The notes under the pieces are model-generated. The model saw only the letters and a list, made by a program, of their open reading frames with translations. It searched no databases and was not told where the DNA came from. DNA of 64,000 bases from Verrucomicrobiia bacterium (GTDB lineage Bacteria > Verrucomicrobiota > Verrucomicrobiia > Limisphaerales > UBA11358): NCBI GenBank assembly GCA_035776755.1, contig DASTWS010000033.1, positions 9,771 through 73,770 of the forward strand, written 5' to 3'. Every line of letters starts with the position of its first letter. Position 1 is the first letter of the stretch. Below, one piece after another: positions 19,641-31,951 of the stretch. A program made the translations under genes and the position numbers.

Positions 19641-22031
19641 ATGAAATCATTGACGCTCCTGGTCACCGGATTTTGTGCCGTCCTTTTGCCGCTTTCGCTT
19701 CACGCTGAGTCCACCGATCCGCTCACGCTCTGGTATCGCGAGCCGGCCATCGGATGGACGAATGCGCTGCCGATCGGTAATGGACGGCTCGGCGCGATGG
19801 TTTTTGGCGGCGTTGAACGCGAACATCTGCAGTTGAACGAAGACACGCTCTGGGGCGGCGGCCCTTACGATCCAAATAATACGAACGCTTTGGCCGCCCT
19901 GCCGGAAGTGCGGAAATTAATTTTTGACGGCAAATACGACGAAGCATCGGCGTTGGTCGGCGAAAAAATGATGGCAACGCCGCTCCGGCAAATGCCGTAT
20001 GAAACGCTCGGCGATTTGTTTCTGGATTTTCCGACAAATGGGACGGTGGAAAATTATCGGCGCGATTTGAATTTGGATACGGCGGTCGCCAGCGTCAGTT
20101 ATAAAATCGGCGACATAACCTTCAAACGCGAAATGTTTGTCAGCCCGGTCAATCAAGTCATCGTGATTCATCTGACGGCCGATAAACCGGGACAAATTTC
20201 TTTCACGACCGGATTGACCACGCCGCAAAAAGCGACCGTGAAAGTCGAAAACGGCGACACGCTCGTAATGAGCGGCGTCAATGCCGATGCGAATGGAATC
20301 AAAGGCGCGCTGAAATTTCAGGCAAGAGTTCGAATTCTACCAAAAGGAGGCAGCGCCGGACTCTTAACTTTAATGGGAGCAGGAAATCTTGTCGTAAACC
20401 ACGCCGATTCCGTCACCTTGCTCATCGCCGCGGCGACGAGTTACCGGAATTATCACGACACCAGCGGCCAGCCGGAAAAAATCACCAAAAAGCAGATCGC
20501 CGCCGCGAGCAGAAAATCGTTCAACGATTTGCGCGCCGCGACCATCGCCGCGCATCAAAAATTATTCCGCCGCGTGGAATTGAATCTGGGCGACAGCGGC
20601 GAGGCGGCGAATCTGCCGACGGACGAGCGCATCAGGAATTTCGACAACGGCAACGATCCGCAATTCGCCGCGCTCTACTTTCAATTTGCTCGTTATCTTT
20701 TGATCTGCAGTTCACGTCCCGGCACGCAGCCGGCGAATCTTCAAGGCATCTGGAACAATTCCATGAATCCGCCGTGGAGCAGCAAATACACGATCAACAT
20801 CAACACGGAAATGAATTATTGGCCGGCCGACACGGCGAACCTGGGCGAATGTGTTGAGCCGTTGACGCAATTGGTTTTGGACATCGCGCAAACCGGCAAA
20901 CGCACGGCGAAAATCGAATACGACGCGGGCGGCTGGGTCGCGCATCACAATACCGATCTGTGGCGCGCCACCGCGCCAATCGACGGGCCGCAATATGGCA
21001 TGTGGCCGAGCGGCGGCGCGTGGCTTTGCAATCAACTTTTCGATCATTATGAATTCATCGGCGATAAAAATTATCTCAAAAAGATTTATCCAGCCATGCG
21101 CGGCGCGGCGCAATTTTTCCTCGACACCCTCGTCGAAGAACCGACGCATCATTGGCTGGTGACTTGCCCGTCCATGTCGCCGGAAAACACCAATCCGCTC
21201 GCCAAACATGCCAGCATCACCGACGGACCGACGATGGACCTGGAAATCTTGCGCGACCTGTTCACCAATTGCATCGTCGCATCGGAAATTCTTGGCAAAG
21301 ACAAACACTTTGCCGGACAACTTGCGGCCACCCGTGCGCGGCTGGCGCCATTGCAGGTCGGGCACGCAGGGCAATTGCAGGAATGGTTGCAGGACATTGA
21401 TATGCAGGCGCACGATCTGCATCATCGCCATGTCTCGCATCTTTATGGACTGTTCCCGAGCGACCAGATTGATTTCTATAACACGCCCGAACTCGCTGCG
21501 GCCGCGAAAAAATCCCTGGAAATCCGTGGCGACGAATCCACCGGCTGGGCGACCGCCTGGCGGATCAATCTTTGGGCGCGCTTGCACGATGGCGATCACG
21601 CGTATTCCATTCTGCGGTTCCTTTTAAGCCCGGAGCGGACCTATCCGGACATGCTCGATGCACATCCGCCATTCCAGATTGACGGCAATTTCGGCGGCGC
21701 GTCGGCGATGGTTGAAATGCTGTTGCAAAGCCGGGTGGATGAATCGGATCCGGAACAGCCGGTTTATGAAATTGAATTTTTGCCCGCGTTGCCGAAAGCG
21801 TGGCCGGATGGCAGCGTCAGCGGGCTGCGCGCGCGCGGCGGCTTTGAAGTTTCCGAAAACTGGAAAGATGGAAAATTGGTTTCAGCGACGATCAAATCGC
21901 TGGAAGGAAATCGTTGTCATCTCCGTTACGGCCAGACCGTTGAATCCATCAAAACCAAAAAAGACCAGGAATTGTTTTGGGACGGCCAAAAGAAAATTGA
22001 ATTCATCGCGCCGCCGCAAATTTCGCCTTAA
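19641..22031 (+). CDS. GH95 glycoside hydrolase, paralog 2
   Basis: Same motif set as paralog 1 ([48 protein letters not shown]), with signal peptide. Confidence 0.9.
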   Translation: MKSLTLLVTGFCAVLLPLSLHAESTDPLTLWYREPAIGWTNALPIGNGRLGAMVFGGVEREHLQLNEDTLWGGGPYDPNNTNALAALPEVRKLIFDGKYDEASALVGEKMMATPLRQMPYETLGDLFLDFPTNGTVENYRRDLNLDTAVASVSYKIGDITFKREMFVSPVNQVIVIHLTADKPGQISFTTGLTTPQKATVKVENGDTLVMSGVNADANGIKGALKFQARVRILPKGGSAGLLTLMGAGNLVVNHADSVTLLIAAATSYRNYHDTSGQPEKITKKQIAAASRKSFNDLRAATIAAHQKLFRRVELNLGDSGEAANLPTDERIRNFDNGNDPQFAALYFQFARYLLICSSRPGTQPANLQGIWNNSMNPPWSSKYTININTEMNYWPADTANLGECVEPLTQLVLDIAQTGKRTAKIEYDAGGWVAHHNTDLWRATAPIDGPQYGMWPSGGAWLCNQLFDHYEFIGDKNYLKKIYPAMRGAAQFFLDTLVEEPTHHWLVTCPSMSPENTNPLAKHASITDGPTMDLEILRDLFTNCIVASEILGKDKHFAGQLAATRARLAPLQVGHAGQLQEWLQDIDMQAHDLHHRHVSHLYGLFPSDQIDFYNTPELAAAAKKSLEIRGDESTGWATAWRINLWARLHDGDHAYSILRFLLSPERTYPDMLDAHPPFQIDGNFGGASAMVEMLLQSRVDESDPEQPVYEIEFLPALPKAWPDGSVSGLRARGGFEVSENWKDGKLVSATIKSLEGNRCHLRYGQTVESIKTKKDQELFWDGQKKIEFIAPPQISP

Positions 22032-22051
22032 TTTTAAGCAAAACATTTTTC

Positions 22052-24337
22052 ATGAAAAAAATCATTTCCATCGCCACAATCGTATCGGGCATCGCTTTCG
22101 CCACCGTCGCGAGCGATTTAAGGTTGTGGTATCAGCAACCCGTCGGCGCAATGATTGAGCCGGCCACGACCAATGCCAGCAAAGTTCCGAGCCTGGCCAG
22201 CGGCGGAAAGTCGTCCAAATTTATCAACGAAGCGTTGCCGATCGGCAACGGACGAATCGGCGGATTGATTGGCGGCGGCGTTGATCGCGAGCGAATCGTT
22301 TTGAACGAAGACAGTCTCTGGACCGGCGATGAGAATCCGTCCGGCAATTACGACACGATGGGCGCGTATCAGGTTTTAGGAAATCTGTTCATCAATCTGG
22401 CCGGCCAAAAAAATATTTCCCGTTATCGCCGCGACCTCGACATCGGCGACGCACTGGCGCACGTCAGCTATGAGGCGAACGGAATCCAATTTTCGCGCGA
22501 ATACTTTTGCAGCCACGCGGACGGCGTGCTCGTCGTTCATCTGACCGCCGCCAAACGCGGCAGTTATACCGGCAGCATTGAATTGGAGGATTCGCACGAA
22601 TCAAAAACGCTGGCGTCTAACAATCTCCTCGCATTTTCCGGCGCGCTGGCCAACGGCCTGAAATACGAAGCACAATTGACCGTGAAAAATGACGGCGGCA
22701 GTTTGCGCGCCAACGGTTCAACGCTCGAATTCACGAATTGCGACAGCCTCACGCTCATTTTTTCCGCGGGGACGGATTACTCGTTCAGCTACACCAATCA
22801 TTATCGCGGCAAAGATCCGCATGAGCGCGTGACGAAACTGGTTCAATCAGCCGCGAAAAAATCTTACGCAAAACTCGAAGCATCGCATGAGAAAGATTTT
22901 CACGCGTTGTTCGACCGCGTGAGTCTGGATTTGGGAAAATCGTCGCCGGCACAAATCACGTTGCCGACGGATGAACGCAAACGCGTCGCGACCGAAACGG
23001 TTGATCCGCAATTGGAGGAATTGATGTTCCAATACGGCCGTTACTTGCTGATTTCCTGTTCACGTCCGGGCGGTTTGCCCGCGAATCTGCAGGGACTTTG
23101 GAATGACGTGAACAATCCGCCGTGGCATTGCGATTATCATTCCAACATCAACATCGAGATGAATTATTGGCTCGCCGAGCCGGCGAATCTCGCGGAATGC
23201 GCCGAGCCGTTTTTCGATCTGGTGGACAACCAGATTCCGGCGTGGCACAAGGAGACGATCACGTCGCCTGATCTCAAAACCCCGGACGGCAAATTTACGA
23301 CGCGCGGTTTTGCCATCCGCACATCGCATAATATTTACGGGGGCATGGGCTGGAAATGGGACAAAACCGCCAATGCGTGGTATGCGATGCATTTCTGGGA
23401 GCATTACGCGTTCAGCGATGACACCGGCTTCTTGAAAAAAATCGGCTATCCGTATCTCAAGCAGGTCACAGAATTCTGGGAAGATCATCTGAAAGAATTG
23501 CCGGACGGAAGACTCGTCGTTCCCGACGCGTGGTCGCCGGAACATGGACCGGTCGAAGACGGCGTGAGTTACAGCCAGGAAATCGTCTGGAGTTTGTTCG
23601 ACCATTACGTCAAAGCCGCCGACGCGCTCGGCGTGGACAAAGCGTATCGCGACAAAATCGCCGGCATGCGCGACCGGCTCGCGACGCCGGGCATCGGCAG
23701 TTGGGGACAATTGCTCGAATGGATGCACGAGCAACATAATCCGAAATATCCCGAATTGGATACGCCCAACGATCATCACCGGCACACGTCGCATTTGTTC
23801 GCCGTTTATCCCGGCGACCAGATCAGCGTCCAGAAAACGCCGAAACTCGCCGCTGCTGCGAAAGTGACCCTCCATGCGCGCGGCATCGCGCCCGACAGCG
23901 ACGTTCGCGAATGGTCGTTTGCCTGGCGCACGGCGCTTTACGCGCGGCTCGCGGACGCCGAAGAAGCGCATAAAATGTTGGAGCAATTATTTTACGACCG
24001 GAACACGTGCCCGAATTTGTTCGGCCTGCATCCGCCGATGCAAATCGACGGCAATTTCGGGATCACCGCCGGCATGTGCGAAATGCTTTTGCAATCGCAG
24101 GACGGCGAAATCAATTTGCTTCCCGCGCTGCCGAAAGAATGGCCGGCCGGTTCCGTCAAAGGCCTGCGCGCGCGCGGCGATTTCACCGTGGACATCACCT
24201 GGAAAAACGGAAAATTGCTTTCCGCGACGATCCATTCGCTTGCCGGAAATCCGTGCCACGTCCGTTATGGCGATTCAGCGCGCGACGTAAAAATCAAAAA
24301 AGGCGAAACATTGCATTTGGACGGAAGTCTCCATTAA
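22052..24337 (+). CDS. GH95 glycoside hydrolase, divergent paralog 3
   Basis: [54 protein letters not shown]. It lacks the HHNTDLWR block of paralogs 1 and 2 (has [13 protein letters not shown] instead). Confidence 0.85.
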   Translation: MKKIISIATIVSGIAFATVASDLRLWYQQPVGAMIEPATTNASKVPSLASGGKSSKFINEALPIGNGRIGGLIGGGVDRERIVLNEDSLWTGDENPSGNYDTMGAYQVLGNLFINLAGQKNISRYRRDLDIGDALAHVSYEANGIQFSREYFCSHADGVLVVHLTAAKRGSYTGSIELEDSHESKTLASNNLLAFSGALANGLKYEAQLTVKNDGGSLRANGSTLEFTNCDSLTLIFSAGTDYSFSYTNHYRGKDPHERVTKLVQSAAKKSYAKLEASHEKDFHALFDRVSLDLGKSSPAQITLPTDERKRVATETVDPQLEELMFQYGRYLLISCSRPGGLPANLQGLWNDVNNPPWHCDYHSNINIEMNYWLAEPANLAECAEPFFDLVDNQIPAWHKETITSPDLKTPDGKFTTRGFAIRTSHNIYGGMGWKWDKTANAWYAMHFWEHYAFSDDTGFLKKIGYPYLKQVTEFWEDHLKELPDGRLVVPDAWSPEHGPVEDGVSYSQEIVWSLFDHYVKAADALGVDKAYRDKIAGMRDRLATPGIGSWGQLLEWMHEQHNPKYPELDTPNDHHRHTSHLFAVYPGDQISVQKTPKLAAAAKVTLHARGIAPDSDVREWSFAWRTALYARLADAEEAHKMLEQLFYDRNTCPNLFGLHPPMQIDGNFGITAGMCEMLLQSQDGEINLLPALPKEWPAGSVKGLRARGDFTVDITWKNGKLLSATIHSLAGNPCHVRYGDSARDVKIKKGETLHLDGSLH

Positions 24338-24345
24338 CATTGGCC

Positions 24346-25383
24346 GTGAACTTTCGCGTTTTCGGAAAAAGCGGACTTCAAATTCCGCCCATCGTTTTTG
24401 GCACCAGTTGCCTTGGTAACCTTTACGAGATCGTTTCCGACGAAACGAAATTGAAGATCGTTTCGGAAATTTTTCGTCATTGTCCCGCGCCCGTTGTTTT
24501 AGATTCCGCCGGAAAATATGGCGCCGGCCTCGCGCTCGAGGTCATCGGCGATTGCCTGCGCCAATTGAAAATTCCACCGGGCAATGTCATCATCAGCAAT
24601 AAACTGGCATGGTATCGCGTTCCACTGCGCGGACCGGAGCCGACGTTCGAGCGCGGCGTCTGGGCGGGGATTGCCAACGACGCCGAGGCACGCATCAGTT
24701 ACGACGGCATTTTGCAGTGCCACGCCCAGGGCTGCGAATTGCTCGGCAGAGATTATCCGCCGCAATTGGTTTCCGTTCACGATCCGGATGAATTCCTCGC
24801 CGCGGCAAAAAACCCGGCGGAAAGAAAATTGCGTTTTGAAAACGTGCTTGGCGCTTATCGCGCGCTGTTTGAATTGAAAAAATCCGGCGCGGTGAAAGCC
24901 GTCGGCATCGGTTCGAAAGACTGGCGCGTTATCCGTGAAATTTCCGAACACGTGGATTTGGACTGGGTCATGTTCGCGTGCAGCCTCACGGTGTATTCGC
25001 ATCCGCCGGAGCTTCTGGATTTCATCGCGCATTTACATTCGCGCGGCGTCGGCATGGTCAATTCCGCGGTTTTTCACGCGGGATTTTTGACGGGCGGTTC
25101 ATGGTTTGATTATCGAAAGCCCGATCCCATCGTCGACGCGCCGCTTTTTCAATGGCGCGAAAAATTTTTGGCGACCTGCAAAAAATTCGGCGCCAAACCG
25201 GCCGATGTTTGCGTGCAATTCGGCCTGGCCGTGCCCGGCGTCGCCGCCGTCGCGCTCAATACGGGAAAACCCGAACGCATCGCCGACAATGTCGCCAGCG
25301 TGCAAACGGAAATTCCGTCGCCATTGTGGCGCGCGCTGAAAGACGAAAATTTACTCGCGAAACATTTCCCGTATCTTGGTTAA
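24346..25383 (+). CDS. Aldo-keto reductase; candidate L-fucose/L-galactose (D-threo-aldose-type) 1-dehydrogenase
   Basis: (M)[20 protein letters not shown] start. AKR tetrad candidates are LDSAGKYG (D, Y), ISNKL (K) and SVHDPD (H). There is no in-frame ATG after the GH95 stop, so GTG 24346 (or TTG 24340) was chosen. The track ORF from 24007 overlaps GH95. Confidence 0.7.
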   Translation: MNFRVFGKSGLQIPPIVFGTSCLGNLYEIVSDETKLKIVSEIFRHCPAPVVLDSAGKYGAGLALEVIGDCLRQLKIPPGNVIISNKLAWYRVPLRGPEPTFERGVWAGIANDAEARISYDGILQCHAQGCELLGRDYPPQLVSVHDPDEFLAAAKNPAERKLRFENVLGAYRALFELKKSGAVKAVGIGSKDWRVIREISEHVDLDWVMFACSLTVYSHPPELLDFIAHLHSRGVGMVNSAVFHAGFLTGGSWFDYRKPDPIVDAPLFQWREKFLATCKKFGAKPADVCVQFGLAVPGVAAVALNTGKPERIADNVASVQTEIPSPLWRALKDENLLAKHFPYLG

Positions 25384-25387
25384 AATT

Positions 25388-26404
25388 ATGAAAGCATGGG
25401 CCATCACCGAGCCGGGCAAAACCGCGCTCATCGAAAAAGAAAAACCGACGCCGAATGCCGACGAGGTTTTGGTCCGGATCCGGACCGCCGGTTATTGCGG
25501 ATCGGATTTGAATACATTTCGCGGATTGAATCCGCTCGTGAAATATCCACGCGTGCCGGGGCACGAACTGGCCGGAACCATCGAAGCGCGCGGCGCGAAT
25601 GTTCCCGCCGAATGGTCCATCGGCCTGGAAGTTACGATGTCGCCTTACACGAATTGCGGCAAATGCAGCGCCTGCCGGCAGCAACGGTTCAATTGTTGTC
25701 GCTACAACGAAACGCTCGGCGTCCAGCGCGAAGGCGGTTTGACGGAATTTGTCGTGACGCCGTGGCAAAAACTTTATCGCTCGCCAAAATTATCGCTCGC
25801 CGAACTCGCGCTGGTCGAACCGCTGACGATCGGATTTCACGCCGTAGATCGCGGGCGCGTTTCTCAAACGGACACCGTCCTGGTCTTCGGTTGCGGCGCG
25901 ATCGGCCTGGGTGCAATTGCCGGTGCGGCGGCCCGAAATGCACGTGTGATCGCCGTAGATATTGACGACGCCAAATTGCAATTGGCAAAAAATTGCGGCG
26001 CGCAGGAAACCATCAATTCACAGCAAACTTCGCTGCACGAGGAATTGCAGAGATTGACGAACGGCGACGGTCCGGAAGTTATCATTGAAGCCGTCGGCTT
26101 GCCGCAAACGTTCCGCGCGGCGGTGGAAGAAGCGTGTTTTGCCGGGCGCGTGGTTTACATCGGCTATGCGAAAAAACCGGTCGAATATGAAACGAAATTT
26201 TTTGTCCAAAAGGAATTGGACATCCTCGGTTCGCGCAACGCGACGCCGCGGGATTTCCGGGATGTGATTCAATTGCTCGAGGGCAAAAAATTCCCGGTTG
26301 GCGAAGTGATCACCAAAACGTTTCCGTTTTCCGAAGCCGGCGCGGCGATGCAGGCGTGGAGTGATAATCCGGCCGCCTTCACGAAGATTCAGATCGCGCT
26401 CTGA
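25388..26404 (+). CDS. Zn-dependent medium-chain dehydrogenase, LgoD/YjjN-like (candidate L-galactonate/L-fuconate-type sugar-acid dehydrogenase)
   Basis: [33 protein letters not shown] (structural Zn), GCGAIGLG (Rossmann), [10 protein letters not shown]. By recall the pattern resembles E. coli L-galactonate 5-dehydrogenase. Confidence 0.8.
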   Translation: MKAWAITEPGKTALIEKEKPTPNADEVLVRIRTAGYCGSDLNTFRGLNPLVKYPRVPGHELAGTIEARGANVPAEWSIGLEVTMSPYTNCGKCSACRQQRFNCCRYNETLGVQREGGLTEFVVTPWQKLYRSPKLSLAELALVEPLTIGFHAVDRGRVSQTDTVLVFGCGAIGLGAIAGAAARNARVIAVDIDDAKLQLAKNCGAQETINSQQTSLHEELQRLTNGDGPEVIIEAVGLPQTFRAAVEEACFAGRVVYIGYAKKPVEYETKFFVQKELDILGSRNATPRDFRDVIQLLEGKKFPVGEVITKTFPFSEAGAAMQAWSDNPAAFTKIQIAL

Positions 26405-29400
26405 GTTTTCGGCCGTTTGAGAACTTTGCCGAGCGCGTTATCGAGATTCTCCATCCGCACCGGTTTGGTCAAATGCTCGACGAAGCCGGATTCAAGGCTG
26501 CGCGTCACGTCCTGTTCCATGCCGTAACCGGTCAGCGCGATGCCCGTTAGTCCACGGTGCTGGCGCAATTCCGCCATCAAATCGTAGCCGCTGCCATCCG
26601 GCAGGCCGATGTCTGAAATGACCAGGTCAAATTGCTTTTCGCCGCTTTCGACAACCTGCCGTGCTTCGGCGGCGGACGACGCGGCGGTCACTTTATGATT
26701 GCGCCGCGCGAGCAAATGCGTGAGCGCCGTGCGCGTCGGCTCATGGTCCTCCACGAGCAGGATGCGGATATGATGCGATGATTTTTTTTCCGTCGAAGCC
26801 GTCGTGCCGCCGGGCATCGGCGCGGAATCTTCCGGTCGCACTCGCGCAAATTTTGCGAGCGGCAATTCGATCGCAAAGGTTGCGCCCCGTCCTTTGCCTT
26901 CGCTCGAGCCGTGAATTTTCCCTTCGTGTTGCTCGATCAATTTCCGCGAAATCGCCAGGCCAAGGCCAAGTCCGCCGAAACCGGAATGCGCGCCTTGCGC
27001 AAAAGCATCGAAAATATGCTCGGTTTCGGCCGGATCGATGCCGATGCCGGTATCGGAGATTTTTGCGACGAACAACGAATCGCCGAGCGTTTCGGTCTGG
27101 ACGGAAATCTTTCCGCCGCTGTTTGTGAATTTGACGGCGTTTTTGAGGATGTTCCAGAAAATCTGTTGCAGCCGCGTGTCGTCCGCCAGAACGGCGGTGC
27201 GCCCGGCCTTCAGATTTACTTCGAGCGCGATTTGTTTTTGCTCCATTTCGCCGCGCACGGTGGCAATGGCGTTTTGCAGCGTGGCGTGAACGTCGATGAC
27301 CGTCCGCTCGAGCTTGATTTTGCCGCGAGACAGCCGCGTGAGGTCGAGCAAATCGTCAATCAATCGCGCTTCCAGTTCGATATTTTTGCGGATGGTGTCG
27401 AAATCCGTCCGGGCGCGTGGCGGCAATTCGCGATTCGCCGCCGCATCGCTGGCCAGCAGCAAAACCGGATTGAGCGGCGTGCGCAATTCATGCGAGAGCG
27501 TGGCCAGGAATTCGTCTTTGGCGCGGCTGGCGCGCTCGGCTTCATCCATGGCGCGTTTCAATTCGGTTTCCACCCGTTTTCGTTCGATCGCAAACGCGAT
27601 TTGGCTGGCGATGGTTTCCGCCGGGCGGATTTCTTCGGCGGTGAATTGATGCGGCTGGCGGTAATAAACCATGAACTTGCCGAGCAAATGCTTTTCGTAA
27701 CTGATGGGGATGAACGCCAGCGCGCGGATCTTTTCCCCTTCAATCGTTCCGCGCAATTCTTTTTCCAGTTTTGCCGTCGCGATATCGTGGATAAAAATGG
27801 GTTCCGGCGATAGTTCGTTATGTTTCCAGGGAGAATGGCCTTCCACGGCCATGCGGTATTCCGGCGACAATCCTCGCCATGCTTTGAAACGCATCACGTT
27901 GTCCGCATCGAACAAAAGGATCGAAGCGCGGTCGGTGTTTTGGCATCGGATAATGGCTTCGAGCGCCAATTCGTAGATTTCCGACAATTCGGCGGCACGA
28001 TTGACGCTGGCCACGAGATTGTAAATCGCCTGCTGCTGTTGGTCGGCGCGTTTGCGGTCGGTGATGTCGCGGGCAATCTTGGAGGCGCCGATGATTTTTC
28101 CTTCGGCATTTTTGACCGGTGAAATCGTCAGCGAAACATCAATTTTACTCCCGTCTTTGCGCACACGGACGGTCTCAAAATGTTTCACGGCCTGGCCGCG
28201 GTGAATGCGCGAGAGAATTTCCGCCTCTTCGACTTGGCGTTCGGGGGGAATGATCGTCAAAATGGATTTGCCGATGATTTCTTCGGGCTTGTAACCGAAC
28301 ACACGCTCAGCGCCGGCGTTCCAGCTTTTGATGGTGGCATTGAGGTCTTTGCCAACGATAGCGTCATCGGATGATTCGACGATTGCGGCCAGGTGTTGCG
28401 CGGCGCTTTCGGCGCGTTTGCGGTCGGTGATATCCACGAGCATGTTGACGGCGCCGATGATATTGCCGGAAGGATCGGATATTGCCTCAGGAAACGGCAG
28501 CACGTGGCGGCGCGTGCCGTCAGGCCGTTCAATGATGATCTCCTGGTTGCGGACTGGTTCGCCCGTTTTTAGCGTAACAGCCATCGGGCAATCGTCCGGC
28601 GGACATGGCGTGCCGTCCGGATTAAAAATTTTATACGAGCCACACCACATGTCCTTCCCGGCCTCCGGTCGGCGTCCCCAAAGTTCGACGGCCGTATCGT
28701 TGAACAAAATCAATTTTCCCTCCGCATCGGTCGTATAAACGGCGGCCGGCAGGCTGCGAATGAGATTGCGATAACGTTTTTCACTTTCCATCACGACGTG
28801 TTCGGCATTTTTCCGTTTCGTGATATCGGCGATCGTGCCGATATAACCGGCGAATTTTCCGTGCGCGTCTTTGATCTGGGCGATGCTGCCCTGCACCCAG
28901 ACCGTTTTTCCATCGCGACGAATGAGACGAAATTCATCATTCGACGGTATGCCTTTTTCAATGGCTTGATGCCAGAGGTCAGCGATGCGGTCGCGATCTT
29001 CCGGATGCACTGCAAACAACCATCCTTCGCCGCAGGCTTCGCCGGCGGAAAATCCCGTCATCGAGCACCAGCATTCATTGACGAATGTGTTCTTTCCATT
29101 TTGATCGCACAAAAAAATCCCGACCGGCGCATGGCTGGCAAGGGTGCGGAATTTGGCTTCGCTTTCGCGCAATGCAATCTCCACCTGCCGGCGAGCCGTC
29201 ACGTCCAACAATGCATAACGGAAATTGTCCGGTGACTTTTGCGGACCGGCCGGGATCGTGATCAATTCGACAAAGATCCGCCGGTTCTTTGCCAGGCGCG
29301 CCAATCCCAATTCCACATTGCCGTGTTTGTTGTTGCGGCGGGCGTGCCGGAGATAATCCGCGAATTTTTTCCGGTCTTCCGGCGCGATGAAAACCGTGAA

Positions 29401-29697
29401 AGGATGTTTGGACAATTGCCGCCGGGAAAAGCCCAGCAGCTTTGCGCCAGACGGATTGATCTCTTCGATGACGCCGGCGCCGTTCATTTCGAGATAACCG
29501 ACCGGGGAAATATCGCAAAGGCCGGAGAAGCGGACGCGCGAAGCTTTAAGCCCGTTCTGCGCCTTGATAAACGCTTCGTGTCGAAGCTTCAATGTCCGCA
29601 ACGAATGATGGAGATTTCCCGTTTCGCGTCCATGACGGGACGCAGCAAGCCTTGAACGTGAAGATGAAACTGCCCTGCGTTTCAATTTGGCCGTCAT
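26389..29697 (-). CDS. Cytoplasmic hybrid sensor histidine kinase: about 4 PAS/PAC + GAF + HisKA + HATPase_c + receiver
   Basis: 1102 aa. Repeated PAS/PAC modules each end in DIT(D/K)RK. H-box [15 protein letters not shown] boxes [24 protein letters not shown]-terminal REC has ILLVEDHE...[12 protein letters not shown]...TKP. Confidence 0.9.
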   Translation of the reverse strand: MTAKLKRRAVSSSRSRLAASRHGRETGNLHHSLRTLKLRHEAFIKAQNGLKASRVRFSGLCDISPVGYLEMNGAGVIEEINPSGAKLLGFSRRQLSKHPFTVFIAPEDRKKFADYLRHARRNNKHGNVELGLARLAKNRRIFVELITIPAGPQKSPDNFRYALLDVTARRQVEIALRESEAKFRTLASHAPVGIFLCDQNGKNTFVNECWCSMTGFSAGEACGEGWLFAVHPEDRDRIADLWHQAIEKGIPSNDEFRLIRRDGKTVWVQGSIAQIKDAHGKFAGYIGTIADITKRKNAEHVVMESEKRYRNLIRSLPAAVYTTDAEGKLILFNDTAVELWGRRPEAGKDMWCGSYKIFNPDGTPCPPDDCPMAVTLKTGEPVRNQEIIIERPDGTRRHVLPFPEAISDPSGNIIGAVNMLVDITDRKRAESAAQHLAAIVESSDDAIVGKDLNATIKSWNAGAERVFGYKPEEIIGKSILTIIPPERQVEEAEILSRIHRGQAVKHFETVRVRKDGSKIDVSLTISPVKNAEGKIIGASKIARDITDRKRADQQQQAIYNLVASVNRAAELSEIYELALEAIIRCQNTDRASILLFDADNVMRFKAWRGLSPEYRMAVEGHSPWKHNELSPEPIFIHDIATAKLEKELRGTIEGEKIRALAFIPISYEKHLLGKFMVYYRQPHQFTAEEIRPAETIASQIAFAIERKRVETELKRAMDEAERASRAKDEFLATLSHELRTPLNPVLLLASDAAANRELPPRARTDFDTIRKNIELEARLIDDLLDLTRLSRGKIKLERTVIDVHATLQNAIATVRGEMEQKQIALEVNLKAGRTAVLADDTRLQQIFWNILKNAVKFTNSGGKISVQTETLGDSLFVAKISDTGIGIDPAETEHIFDAFAQGAHSGFGGLGLGLAISRKLIEQHEGKIHGSSEGKGRGATFAIELPLAKFARVRPEDSAPMPGGTTASTEKKSSHHIRILLVEDHEPTRTALTHLLARRNHKVTAASSAAEARQVVESGEKQFDLVISDIGLPDGSGYDLMAELRQHRGLTGIALTGYGMEQDVTRSLESGFVEHLTKPVRMENLDNALGKVLKRPKTQSAI

Positions 29698-29808
29698 AGT
29701 TTGTATGGACGATTTCCTACCCCCTCAAGTCGGAATGCGTTTCATCCTAATGCAAAGAAAAAATTTTTCAATTTGAATCACCGAAATTTTTTGATGACAA
29801 CGCGATTT

Positions 29809-30495
29809 TCAGAGCGGAAGTGTAAAAAAAATTGACGCATCGTCGCCGCAACCACAGCGACCGCCCTGCAACTCGGCCAGCCGGCGGGCGATTGCAAAAT
29901 TCAATGCGCCACTGTTGGGTCTGTGGAGCAGATCAAATTGTTGAAACAATTCGGCGCGTTGTTCCGACGGCACTCCGGCTCCGGCCCGCAGCCAAAAGAT
30001 TTGTTCCGAATCGCCAGCGCGCCAGCCGGTCTGAATGTCCGGTGGATTGCCGCCGCGCTTCAAGCCGTCTTCCAAAAAAATGCTCCAGATCATCTCCACC
30101 CAGATGGAAACCCCTTTGGTGGACGGCCATGAAGATGGTTGCGAGACCTTCGCGCTGCTTTTCACGATGCGATATTCCACGCGCTGCAGGGCGCAGGCAA
30201 AAACGTCTTCCATTTTTAACGCCTCTTTTGGCAGCGGATTGGCCGTGGCTTTGAGGACAAAACCCACGTCTTTGATCATCCGGCCAAGTTCATCCGCCGA
30301 AACGAGCAATGCCTCAACCAATGAACACGCCGCGGGATTTTCGCCGGTAATTTCATGCAACGCTTCCGCAGCGCTCAAAATGCCGCCCAACGGCGTCCGC
30401 AAATCGTGACTCACGCGCGTCGCCACGGCCAGCAGATCACCGCGCAACCGCGCATTGTCGGCCGCGAGCCGATTGGTTTCGGGTTCGTTATTCAT
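29809..30495 (-). CDS. Small soluble histidine-kinase-like protein: intact H-box, degenerate ATP-binding (N, G1, G2) motifs
   Basis: 228 aa. VSHDLRTPLGGI H-box. The expected N-box reads IFLEDGLKRGG, G1 reads LRAGAGVP and G2 reads SGALNFAI. Confidence 0.65.
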   Translation of the reverse strand: MNNEPETNRLAADNARLRGDLLAVATRVSHDLRTPLGGILSAAEALHEITGENPAACSLVEALLVSADELGRMIKDVGFVLKATANPLPKEALKMEDVFACALQRVEYRIVKSSAKVSQPSSWPSTKGVSIWVEMIWSIFLEDGLKRGGNPPDIQTGWRAGDSEQIFWLRAGAGVPSEQRAELFQQFDLLHRPNSGALNFAIARRLAELQGGRCGCGDDASIFFTLPL

Positions 30496-30548
30496 ATTGG
30501 TTGGGGATCACGTGTTGCGCAAAGCCGGCACCACACGCACACGGCGAT

Positions 30549-31913
30549 TTATTCCAATCCCATTTTTTTGCGCTTCCGATAAAGAGTCGCCTGGTCAATG
30601 CCCAGGATTTCGGCCGCTTCCGTCAGGCTGGGCGTGCGGTCGAGAATTTTTTTCATGTGCGCTTCTTCGAGCTGCTGCAGCGAAACCAACGATCCGACCT
30701 GCGGAAATTCGCCACCGTCCGCCGATATCATCGCCGGTTGCCCGCGCAATTCTGAGGGCAAATCCTCCGGCAGGATTTTCTTTTGCTTGGCCAAAATCAC
30801 CGCGCGTTCGATCGCATTCCGCAATTCGCGCAAATTTCCCGGCCAGGAATAACCGCGGATGCAGGCGGCGGCTTCGGGAGAAAATCCTTCGATTTGACGG
30901 GCGCATTGTTCCGCAAAAAAGTGCGCGTAATAATCGGCAAACCGCATCAAATCCTCATCCAGTTTCCGCAGCGACGGCATTTCGACGGCGATGACGTTGA
31001 GGCGGAAAAACAGATCTTCGCGGAAGGCGCCTTCGGCCACGCGTTTTTTCAAATCGCGATTGGTCGCGGCGATGACGCGCACGTTCGCCTGGCGGGTGAT
31101 GTTTTCGCCGAGCCGTTCGTATTCGCGTTCCTGCAAAAGCCGCAACAATTTCGGTTGAATTTCCATCGGCAGATCACCGATTTCATCCAGGAACAACGTG
31201 CCGCCTTCCGCCGCTTTTACTTTGCCCCAATGATCTTTGATCGCGCCGGTGAATGAACCGCGCACATGGCCGAACAATTCGCTTTCCAAAAGCTCGCGCG
31301 ACAAACTCGGGCAACTGACCGTCACAAACGGCTTGTCGGCCAAATGGCTTTTGTCCCGGATGACGCGGGCGGCGACGCTTTTGCCGGTGCCGCTTTCGCC
31401 AAGGATCAGAATGGAAGCCGGCGTTTTCGCCGCGCGCATCAAAACATCCATGACTTCGCGCATCGCCGGCGTGGTGAAATCAAAGATCGGTTCAAGCGAC
31501 TGCGACCGGACCTCGGTGACCTGTTGCTCCAGCCGCTCGATGCGCTGGTTCATTTCGCGCAAGCGCTGGAGGCGCGCCAGGACGGTGAGGAATTGCTCGC
31601 GTTGAAACGGCTTTTCCAGAAAATCCACGGCGCCGCGCCGCATGGCTTCCACGGCCGTTTTGATGCTGCCCTGCGCGGTGAACATGACCACGGGAATTTG
31701 CGGAAATTGCTTTTGAATTTCCGATAAAACGTCCAGTCCGCTTTCGCGCCCGAGATTCAAATCAAGGAGCACGGCGTCAAATTTTTCATCCTTGAGCCAG
31801 GTCATGCCGAGCAGGCCGGATTCGACGCCTTCGGCGTAGTGGCCGGATTCTTCAATCAAAAAGCACGTCGCATCGCGGAACGTCTTGTCGTCGTCAATTA
31901 CTAAAAAGTCCAT
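30549..31913 (-). CDS. NtrC-family sigma-54-dependent response regulator (REC + AAA+ + Fis-type HTH)
   Basis: REC (VIDDD...VLLDLNL...KP), Walker A GESGTGKS, sigma-54 contact loop GSFTGA (GAFTGA variant), FREDLFFRLNV, WPGNLREL, C-terminal HTH LTEAAEILGIDQATLYRKRKK. Confidence 0.9.
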   Translation of the reverse strand: MDFLVIDDDKTFRDATCFLIEESGHYAEGVESGLLGMTWLKDEKFDAVLLDLNLGRESGLDVLSEIQKQFPQIPVVMFTAQGSIKTAVEAMRRGAVDFLEKPFQREQFLTVLARLQRLREMNQRIERLEQQVTEVRSQSLEPIFDFTTPAMREVMDVLMRAAKTPASILILGESGTGKSVAARVIRDKSHLADKPFVTVSCPSLSRELLESELFGHVRGSFTGAIKDHWGKVKAAEGGTLFLDEIGDLPMEIQPKLLRLLQEREYERLGENITRQANVRVIAATNRDLKKRVAEGAFREDLFFRLNVIAVEMPSLRKLDEDLMRFADYYAHFFAEQCARQIEGFSPEAAACIRGYSWPGNLRELRNAIERAVILAKQKKILPEDLPSELRGQPAMISADGGEFPQVGSLVSLQQLEEAHMKKILDRTPSLTEAAEILGIDQATLYRKRKKMGLE

Positions 31914-31951
31914 AAAAGAGATTGGCGATTGTTATTGGATTGAGGTCATTT

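Noticed and set aside
24007-24345. N-terminal 113-codon extension of the AKR ORF in the track
   Set aside because: It overlaps the 3' end of GH95 paralog 3 in another frame and is Arg-rich. The AKR fold begins at (M)NFRVFGKSG, so GTG 24346 is preferred.
26389-26404. 16-nt convergent 3' overlap of the Zn dehydrogenase and PAS-kinase genes (also zero-spacing convergent stops at 47062/47063)
   Set aside because: This is a common consequence of compact genomes, and no structure or motif was seen. It is noted only because it leaves no room for separate terminators.
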